64,000 nucleotides of DNA from Candidatus Altimarinota bacterium (GTDB lineage Bacteria; Patescibacteriota; Gracilibacteria; BD1-5; UBA2023): NCBI GenBank assembly GCA_031407385.1, contig JANOIH010000004.1, forward strand, positions 4,104 through 68,103. The letters are read 5' to 3'. The notes under the pieces were generated by a model that saw only the letters and a program-made list of their open reading frames with translations, made no database searches and was not told the DNA's origin. Positions 55,074-64,000 of the stretch are shown here, in pieces. Numbering within the stretch: position 1 is the first letter of the stretch; every line of letters starts with the position of its first letter. The position numbers and the translations under genes were made by a program.

Positions 55074-58000
55074 CTACAGACTCATGATATACTTCATAAC
55101 TTCGACACTTTTCTCGATCTTCACACGCTCACGCTGCATGATGCGGATGATGTAGGCGAGAGCGCGAGATTCACGAGATGGGACGTTGAGAGTCTGGAGA
55201 GTAGTGGCATCAGAGTAGGCACCTTGGAGTGCTTCTGATTTTTGCGGAGCTAAGAGTATCAGAGAGCGAGTGATATTCTGTATGAGCTGACGTCCTGACT
55301 GTCGTATCATCTGGGCTCGATCAACAGATGATACTTGATCAGCCTGGGCTGATACGACTGCATCATGGATCGGAGCAAACAGGGAGATATATGAGTTGAG
55401 GAGGTATCCAACTGGCAGAGTCGTACCTGAGAGAGTTCGCTTCGAGAGGAAGAGTTCTGATACAAGTCCTGGAGTTGTATTAGTAGGAGAATTGGTATTT
55501 ACTGTATTCGGGAGATTCACCGTTGGGAATGATTGTGATCCTCCTCCGCCACCTCCTGGACCAGCTACTGGAATGGTCGAGATAACTGGTGGATGTGGAT
55601 CGATCACTGTGATCATCACAGTTACTGGAACTGTAGTAGATATGCCATCAGTCACCGTATAGGTGAAGTTGTCTGATCCAACATATCCGAGAGCTGGAGT
55701 ATAGACGAGGAGTCCTGTCGATGAGAGAATACCAGTCCCATACAGAGCTGGTGTCACGAGTGTGAAGGTGAGTCCGACACTATCGACATCAGTTGCGGTG
55801 AGTGAGCGAGTCAGTGAGTTATTGGTCTCGAGGTATCCAGTCAGTGAGCCTCCAGAGAGGGTCGTTCCTGAAGAGATCACCATGTTCCCTGTGACACTCG
55901 AACTCGATGGGAGAGAGACTGGAGTATCGTTCACACAAGTGACATCACTGATCGTCACCGTGGTGACTGCCGAGAGTGCGAGAGCCGTATCTCGTGCCTG
56001 GTAGGTAAATGTTACAGGGCTTACAGTACATGCATTCGCGGTAGGAGTAAATACCACTCCAGTTCCGACAACCGCGACACTTCCCCCTGATGCAGGTTGA
56101 GTGAGTGATGTGATCGAGAGGGGGTTATTTTCTACATCCGTGTCATTGGCAAGGACTGTGATCATAAGTGGTGTGTCCTCCGTTGCGGAGACAGACTCTC
56201 CAGTTGCAACTGGGGCATCGTTCACACAGGTGAGAGAGACAGAGATTGTTCCCGTATTGGAGAGCCCTCCGAGTGGATCTGTGATACGATAGTCCACTGA
56301 GTCAGCACCACAGGCGTTCGCGGTTGGAGTATAGACGAGGTTATTTCCTGAAGCGGTGACGGATCCGTTAGAACCATTGGTAAAGGTCGAGAGCGTGAGA
56401 ACTCCTCCTTCGACATCCGTGTCATTGATGACTGGTGAGATGATGAGTGTCGTATCTTCAGTTCCGGTAGTAGTATCGTTATTGGCGACTGGGAGATCGT
56501 TCATAGCGGTGATCGAGATACTTCCTGTGACGACGAGTGAGTCATTGACTCCGTCAGAGACATGGAAGGTGAAGGTATCTGAACCGTTCGTATTCGCAGT
56601 TGGCGTATATGTGAAGGCACCTGTTGATGAGAGAGTGAGTATTCCTTGTGTTACGTTGGTATCAAGGATATATGTGAGTGGAGTTCACTCGATATCTGAC
56701 CCCGTGAGGACATCCGCAAGTGGGGTATCTTCGGAGGTAGTGAAGGCTCCTGAATATGCTGTTGGAGGAGTATTATAGTTGTTTGGTTGGACTGTGATAT
56801 CTACAGTACTCGTGAGAGAGAAGAGGACCCCATCAGAGACATGGAAGGTAAAACTCTCAGCTCCCGTATATCCAACTGGTGGTGTATATGAGAATACACT
56901 TCCTGTGATGACCAGTGATCCAGTTGCAACAGGAGTATCGATGATATAGCTAAGTATATCTCCATCGATATCTGTCGCTGAGAGTGTCCCCGTGAGGACA
57001 TGTCCACTATCCGTCTCGATATTGCCTGTGACATTGTATGTTGATCCTGTGGATGTCGGAGCATCATTGACACAGGTGACAGTCATAGTCACGATACCCG
57101 TATTCGACAGAGATCCTGAGAGATCCGATATACTGTATGAGAACGTATCTATTCCACAATAGTTCGCGACTGGAGTATACGTCAGGAGATTCCCTGAGGC
57201 ACTAACACTTCCGGATGCAGCTTGTGAAAAAGCAACAAGACTCATGCTGTCTCCGAGATCTGGATCAGTGTCATTACCAAGTGGGGTTGTGTCGAGTGTT
57301 CCATCTTCTCCTACCGTGAAGCTATCTGCGATTGCTGTTGGAGCATCGTTCACAGCGGTTATCGTGAGAATTACGGTCTCGGTACTCGAGTTCAGGACAC
57401 CATCTGTGACATGGAAGGTAAAACTATCTGAACCGTTATAGTTCGCATCTGGCGTATAGGTAAAGATCCCTGTTGATCCGAGTGAGAGTGTACCGTTCGA
57501 TACATCTGCATCGAGGACAAAAGTCACTGGTGTCAGATCTGGGTCAGATCCGGAGAGAGTGGTATTGATCGCGACATCTTCTGTCGTGAGGAACGATCCT
57601 GAGTCAGCGACTGGAGCCTGATTCGTAGTAGATACAGTGATATTGACGACTCCAGTATTGGAGATATTCCCATCTTGATCGATGATCGAGTACTGTATTG
57701 TATCTGGCCCGAGGTAGAGAGAGTTCGGCGTATAGCGGATCTGATTCGCTACGATAGAAGCAGTCCCGCTCGTTGGAGCGGTGAATCCTGTGATCGTGAG
57801 CGTCTGTGCTCCATATGGTTGATCTGCATCGGTATCATTGGCGATGACGTCTATATCTGCAGTCGTATCCATCTGCACATTGACCGTGTCATCTGTCGCA
57901 ACTGGGACATCCTGTACAGCCGTGACGGTGAAGGACATCGTGGCTCCTGATGAGTCCACGATACCATCATTGGCGACGAAGTTGAAGCTATCTGAACCAT

Positions 58001-60329
58001 TGTAGTTTGCGTTCGGAGTATATGTGAATCCTGATCCTACGATCGAGAGTGTTCCGTTGGTTGGGAGAGTCGTTGCAGAGAACGAGAGGGTATCTCCATT
58101 GATATCTGATCATGAGAATACATCCATAACAGCCATATCCTCAGAGACAGAGAAACTACCAGAAGACACCTCAGGAGCAAAGTTAGAACCTGGGGCGACG
58201 GTGATATATACAGTTCCTGTATTCGAAGTAGCACCTGACTGATCGGTGATCGTATACATGAAGCTATCAGCTCCCATGTAAGCAATCGATGGAGTATATT
58301 CGAACTGAGTACCATTGACTGCGAGAGTACCATTGGATGGCAGAATAATACCAGTGATACTAAAAGTCTGAGACTCATACCCACTATCTATATCTGTATC
58401 ATTCGCGAGGACATCGAATGTTGCCATGACACCTCCTGTTGCGTTCATATTATCATCGATCGCGACTGGAGTATCGTTGGTACAAGTAGTAGTCACCGTT
58501 GCTGTAACTGGATCTGAGTATCGGAGAAATTGGTCAAATGCTCTCCAGTCAAACGCATCTACTCCACAGAAGTCTGGATTCGGCGTATATTCCACGAGAC
58601 CTGAGACTCCATCGACTGTTATTGTTCCATTGGTTGGATCGGTGAACTTCTCGAAATAGACAGTATCTCATGATGAGTCTGTCGCCATCATCGTACCGGA
58701 GAACATCATATCTTCTGATCCAGTGAGAAAGAGTGGAGCTGTAACAGGTGGCTGATTCTGTGTCGTGATATCCGCGGTACAGATATTATCTCCGATATTG
58801 TTCGTAGCAGTGAGGATATAGTTGTTCACACTATCGTTGAGTGGTGGATAGTATACTCCTGATCAGACAGCTGATACAGAGGTATCCATACTACCACCTG
58901 TTGCTGTTGGTTCGGTGAGGATGGTCGAGAGTGTATTGGTGACATTCCATGAGAGTGTGACAGACTCACCATTGGCGATACTTCCAGCAGAAGTATTGAA
59001 GCTACACACAGGTGGACGGAGAATATTAGGAGCATTGTTCCAGAATACGATCTTTGCACTATATGCATTGACATTGGTTGGCCAAGCGACCGTTGTATTG
59101 TTGGTATCGACATACTGTGGACAGACTCCACCTGGACACGCCTTATTCACAGCACTGGCTCCAGTATTGACGAGGAGATGAGCTTCATTGGTTCGTGGAT
59201 TGAGTACTCCAGTACTGATATAGTTCTTATAACCGAAGTGAGTAAAAGTAACGGCGCTCGTATCCAAACTAAGGATATCATCCTTATTATAGGTCGTCAT
59301 ACCTCCTGAAGCAGTCTGGATCTCTACGATTGGAAGAATTGCCTTATACGTATTGAGATATGTATTTGCTGAGACTGTAGCAAGTGTGCCGACCGCATCG
59401 AACTGATCATGAGTCGATATCATCGGATGATCTGGATGCCAAGTGAGGATCGTATTCGAGTCGATCGTATTGTTTTCAGCGCTTCCGAGGGTTGTCGATA
59501 TGATAGAGATCGCAGACTCCTGTGGATTGTAGAATGTATTACTGTTGATAGTGTTCGTATCCGTATCAGTGAGTACTATAGACTTGTTTCCGCCTGAGAA
59601 GATATTGCCCGTGATAGCATTACCAGATGATGTAGCACCAAGAGCAACCCCAAGAGTTGAACCAGTGAGATTGGATACGAAGTAGTTCTCGACTATAGAG
59701 GTATTGTAGGCTCATTCTACTGAGATACCTGCATTGATCGTATTTTTGAACGTGTTGTGTGTGATAGATACATCCGTATTGGCACCCAGGAGGATACCAG
59801 TACCACCAGAGGTAAAATCCGAATCCTGGATGATGATATTCGTTCCACCGAGTGAGAGATCTACTTGGGTAAGAGTTGTACTTGGGAATGTGATACCTGA
59901 GAGAGTCACGTATGAAGCTCCTGAGAGGAATGATATATTGGTCGCTCCGGTAGACCCAAGTACTGGCTTATTGTTCGCGGTACAACTACTATATGAACCC
60001 ACGACGATCTGAGATCCTGAGATACCAGAGTCATCTATAGCGAGTGGATCCGTCCACGTCTCTCCACACTTCAGGAGGATCTGATCTCCAGGGAGGAAGG
60101 CCTGCGCACTCACATGTGTGAGCGACTGCCATGGAGTCCCGAGAGTGAGTCCATTGTTCGCATCACTTCCGAGTGTCGCATCCACATAATAATTAGTATT
60201 ATTCGCGAACGTGATCTCTGTGAGTGGAGAGAAGAGTTGGAGAGTGAGAGAGACGAGCGTTATCAGAGCGACAGCTCGTGATGGTGATGACTTTTGTAAC
60301 ATAGGGAGAGAAGTAAAATACTCTCTCAT
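55074..60329 (-). CDS. Giant surface adhesin (~1,751 aa): signal peptide, right-handed beta-helix, ~11 cadherin/VCBS-like repeats
   Basis: Five same-frame track ORFs joined over TGA at 56685, 58110, 58668, 58863 and 59712; gaps checked free of TAA/TAG. Repeats of NDAP.A..D......ED....I.VL.NDTD.D. Stop TAG 55074-55076. Start ATG 60329 or 60302. Confidence 0.8.
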
Positions 60330-60451
60330 TTGATCACAATTATCACATACAAGCAAAATATTCGCCTTGCCGAGCAAGAGAAATATTTTGTTATAATTGA
60401 ATTGCGGCCTTCATCACTTGCTTTTGATCTCGCTTTCTATATCATACTCTT

Positions 60452-61558
60452 ATGACAAGTGTCAAAAAGAAAAAAATCCTCATCATGACCGCGACTGGGA
60501 AGTCCAATCTCGGAGATGAACTCATCCTTCGGGAGGAGATCCGATTTTTGCGTAGCCGTTATGGCGACGTCACTATCACTGTGTGTACGTATAACCAGAA
60601 GACCAACCTGATAGCAGATCAGACCGGGATCAAGTTCATCTCCTACTTTCCGAATCATCTCTTGACGAGACCATTTCAGAACATCTGGTATTTTTTCGTG
60701 AATATTTTTACCATCTACCGCTCAGATATCGTCATCATCGGTGGTGGTGGGATCGTATTCGATAACGAACCTGGAGTATCCTTCAACAACCTTATCCGTC
60801 AGTGGTACTTCCGCACCAAGATCGCCCGTATAGCAGGATCGCTCCTTCTCTTCTGGGGGATATCGCTGGAAGTGACGATGATATCGAGCAAGCTCGCACT
60901 GAAGTCCCTCTTTGTACCTGGAGATTTTATCCTCGTGCGAGACACTCGTAGCAAGGAACTCCTCGAGGCCCTCGAGGTACCAAGTGTCGTGATACATGAT
61001 ATAGTATTCCTCTATGAGAACGAGGGACTGAAGGCTCTCCCAGGGGTCAAGAAAAAACGTGTCGGAATCTCTGTACGTGGAGGGTTCCTCGAAGGGACAG
61101 AAGAGGCTATCCCACAGATCTATGACTACCTCGTCGCGGATGGATACGAACCGATATTCCTCGTGTTCTCGACCGAGTGAAGTATCGAGCAGAACGATAG
61201 TCTCTATATCAAGAAGCTCATGTCCGGACGCACGTACAACGTGACCAAGACCATCGACCAGACACTGAACGTGTTTCCTTTTCTCTATGCGAGTATCGCG
61301 ATGCGGTTCCATGCCTGAGTCCTCTCATGCGTCCATGAGACCCCTTGTATCCATATGTCGTATGGACCGAAGACGGATGAGCTCGTGAACCTCCTGGAGG
61401 CTGAGCACCTCACGATACGGCCGAACGAACTTTCTCTTGCTATTTTCCAGAAGATGTGGCAGAATCTCACTACCCGCTATGATGATGAGTCTGATCGACT
61501 CAAGCAGAGGAACTCCTATATCAAAAAAGAGCTCCGTCATAGTCTCGAAACTCTCTAA
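60452..61558 (+). CDS. Polysaccharide pyruvyl transferase family protein
   Basis: GKSNLGDELI and DIVIIGGGGIVFD motifs. 368 aa over TGA 61178-61180 and 61316-61318. Confidence 0.65.
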
Positions 61559-61570
61559 CTCTCATACTAT

Positions 61571-62110
61571 ATGGACTGGAAGACACTCACAGCAAAAGCA
61601 CAACCATGGATCGATAAAACGAAGCCATGGATCGATAAAACGAAGCCACTCGTCGAAAAGGCAAAAACCTATGGATCGAGTGCTGTCTCTCTGGTCGCGA
61701 AGCAGATCGAAGCGACTCCGATGTTCCTCACGACCGAAGAGGCATATACCAACCACATCACCGCACGACGCTCTATCCTGATCGCCTATGATAGCCGAGA
61801 TCCTCTGAGTGAGTCCATCCGCCTCATGATGCCGATCTGGGCAACACAGGCATGGACGGATGCAGCAGAACTGAAGTATATCGAGATATCAGGCAACGAG
61901 GAACTCGCCCGTAACCTCCACATAGTCGGTCCACTCGAGATGCGTATCTCCTACATCGGTGATGAGTATGCCCGTCTGCATACTGAGACTGAGGTATCGA
62001 ACTGGTGGAAGGCACGATGTTATCGCAAAAATACTGAAACGGTCGCACAAGAACCCGAAGAAGCAACTCAGACCGATCCACTCGCATGAGTCCAACCTAC
62101 GAAGAAGTAA
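61571..62110 (+). CDS. Hypothetical protein with tandem PWIDKTK duplication
   Basis: 172-aa ORF extended over TGA 62087-62089 to TAA 62108-62110. Confidence 0.5.
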
Positions 62111-62147
62111 GATATAGTATACTTTTTACTTGTAACTCTCATACTCT

Positions 62148-62357
62148 ATGACTATCACTCCCCTCGAACTCCTCTACATCGCACTCACGATCGCAACCAT
62201 ATCACTCACCATCCCACTCTCGATGATCCTCTGGCGGACCTATCGGATGATGGACCGTGTCGAGGATATCCTCGCCTTCGTAGACCGTATCGTCGGTTAT
62301 GGGAAGGAGATCGAGAAGATCCCGATGGCGATCATCGAGAAGATCATGGGGAAGTAA
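62148..62357 (+). CDS. Small membrane protein (69 aa)
   Basis: TM LELLYIALTIATISLTIPLSMILW. Stop TAA. Followed by a terminator. Confidence 0.5.
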   Translation: MTITPLELLYIALTIATISLTIPLSMILWRTYRMMDRVEDILAFVDRIVGYGKEIEKIPMAIIEKIMGK

Positions 62358-62360
62358 TTC

Positions 62361-62396
62361 AAAAATCCCTCCTGAACACTCGGGAGGGATTTTTTT
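62361..62396 (+). terminator. Intrinsic terminator
   Basis: aaaaatccctcc-tgaacac-tcgggagggattttttt. Confidence 0.65.
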
Positions 62397-62658
62397 GATT
62401 TTTCGGAGCTTTGCCTCTGATTTCTTTTTTGCTTCTTTCTTTTTGTGAATTTCGTAGTACCAATTGCTTCTTCCGTTATGTTGAATTTTGACTATCTGTC
62501 AGCGAATATTTTCGTAAAAATTCCGAACGTTTCTTAGTCTTTGGAATTTTAGAAAATGAGCTGGAAACAGATAGCAAAATGAGGCATGGAAGATCTGGAA
62601 GGCTTTTTTGGAGATTATCTGGCGAGAAACGAGCCCGATAAGATCCTATGCAGAGCTG

Positions 62659-62679
62659 TTACTTTTTGCCAAAAAGTAA
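62659..62679. repeat. Hairpin repeat TTACTTTTTG-CCAAAAAGTAA (copy 3 of 3)
   Basis: Lies inside mosaic repeat region 62400-62800, which also shares ggattgcttc and cctcgcgggtg-cgg segments with 19790-19825. Confidence 0.55.
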
Positions 62680-62803
62680 GGGGAATGGGTTCTAGGAACC
62701 TGGATTGCTTCACCCCAAGGGTACTTCTCCCCCAGGAGGACTTCCATACTTCGCAAGGGGCGCAGCTTCGCAAAGGGGCGCGACCTCGCGGGTGGCGGGA
62801 TCT

Positions 62804-63232
62804 TTATTTTTGCTTCAGACTCGTATCGATAGACTGGAGTGTCCTCTCCATACGTTCGAAATTAGATCGATAGTTCGTCGCCTCAGTATACTTGGAGAAC
62901 TCTGCCTGAACCTGATGTATATATGGCTCGATGCGTGATCCGATAAGTGGCAGATCGATGAGGAGTGAGAGTGTCCAACCGATGAGCGCGATGACGATAG
63001 TGACACCCACGAGCGCACCGAACCCACGTGCGACCCCGGCGACGAAGTTGGGCCAGAGCATCTTCCATGGGGATCTGATATACTCCATGAACTCATCGAG
63101 ACCAGTGGACTCGATCGCATCGATGAGTCACTCGATCTTGAGGATCTCTGATTGACTGAGAGACTCGATCGTCCTCTCTTTTTTGGTACGCATTTTCTTG
63201 ATCTGTGTTTGTTCAGTGACACTTTTTTCCAT
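62804..63232 (-). CDS. Small membrane protein (possibly DUF5665-like)
   Basis: WPNFVAGVARGFGALVGVTIVIALIGW. 142 aa over TGA 63128-63130. The DUF assignment is from memory only. Confidence 0.5.
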
Positions 63233-63340
63233 ATATATTGGGATTATATAGTGATTCTATACAAAGGGGTGAAAATCGCAAATGAGAAAATATTTGCAAA
63301 TAATAGAAAACTCCTATAATTATGCATAGAAAAAGTACTG

Positions 63341-64000
63341 TTGATTTCCAACGTTCTACTTTATACTTTATACTCTTTACTCTTCCTTCCTTTGGACCCC
63401 AATCAAATATTAATTTTTATAGGACTTATTATACTTTCAGCTTTCTTTTCAGGCACAGAGATTGCATTTTTGAATATATCCAAACATACAGTTCAGGGAC
63501 TCTTACGAGATAAACGGTTCGGTGCAAAGTCACTCGAAATTGTAAAATCTGATATGGATAAGCTCCTTATTACTGTGATGATCGGGAATAATCTCGTCAA
63601 TGTTGGAGCATCTGCTCTGGGGACACTTGCGAGTCTCTCCCTAGCAAAATCCCTCTCACTTCCTGATGAGTATGGAATACTGATAGCAACAGGAGCCGTT
63701 ACGATGATAATCTTATTATTCGGTGATATCACACCGAAGACTATATTTGCTCGTTATAGTGCCCCGATTGCACTCGTCGTTGCTCCGATATATAGAGTCC
63801 TGATTCCTCTATTTTGGCCACTTTCCTTCTTTCTCAACATATTTGTGAAGTTTGTAGCAAATCTGCTTGGCAATGGCGACTATGTGACGAAGATTACGGC
63901 ATCTGAAGTTGAAGCTTTTATCGATATGTCTCATGAAGGTGGTGCGGTGGAGGAGGACGAGCGTCGCCAGATCAAGAATCTCCTCTCTCTCCCAGATATG
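63341..64000 (+). CDS. CNNM/DUF21-family (hemolysin/CorC-like) membrane protein, 3' end outside window
   Basis: LSAFFSGTEIAF...VMIGNNLVNV...FGDITPKT...GAVEEDERRQIKNLL. No in-frame ATG; putative TTG start at 63341. Confidence 0.7.
   Translation, partial: MISNVLLYTLYSLLFLPLDPNQILIFIGLIILSAFFSGTEIAFLNISKHTVQGLLRDKRFGAKSLEIVKSDMDKLLITVMIGNNLVNVGASALGTLASLSLAKSLSLPDEYGILIATGAVTMIILLFGDITPKTIFARYSAPIALVVAPIYRVLIPLFWPLSFFLNIFVKFVANLLGNGDYVTKITASEVEAFIDMSHEGGAVEEDERRQIKNLLSLPDM

Noticed and set aside
1-64000. The impression of a heavily pseudogenised genome, with most conserved genes split into 2-7 pieces in the ORF track
   Set aside because: All breaks are TGA and fall on conserved Gly positions, and frames stay free of TAA/TAG. 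This is recoding (table 25), not decay.

Overview
This 64-kb chromosomal window comes from a Patescibacteria/CPR-type bacterium that reads UGA as glycine (genetic code 25, Gracilibacteria/Absconditabacteria-like). TGA falls repeatedly on invariant Gly positions of recognisable enzymes, and genes end only with TAA or TAG. The supplied standard-code ORF track is therefore heavily fragmented. I re-joined the fragments by hand, checking gaps codon by codon for in-frame TAA/TAG.

Housekeeping genes: gltX (3' end), mltG, ppk2, two tandem RNase J genes (one apparently inactive), secG, queA, galU, yraN, earP, ruvA, rpsA, nusA, sufS, a PAP2 phosphatase and 9 tRNAs plus a degenerate tRNA copy.

Accessory content:
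- an ArsR-controlled sulfur/persulfide operon
- an ECF sigma/anti-sigma pair next to a Bro-N/Fic protein
- an IS1595-like element
- a 1,245-aa single-chain R-M-S (Type IIB-like) restriction enzyme
- four tandem T4SS-pilin-like genes and three type IV pilin paralogs
- a 1,427-aa orphan ORF with 38 in-frame UGA
- a 1,751-aa beta-helix/cadherin-like adhesin
- a 3.6-kb insertion at the nusA 3' end, carrying a protein with thrombospondin type-1 repeats

Several families of hairpin/MITE-like repeats occupy intergenic regions. At least four are inserted in frame inside conserved genes.

Limits: no database search was possible. Family calls rest on motifs I recognise, and start codons and repeat boundaries are approximate.
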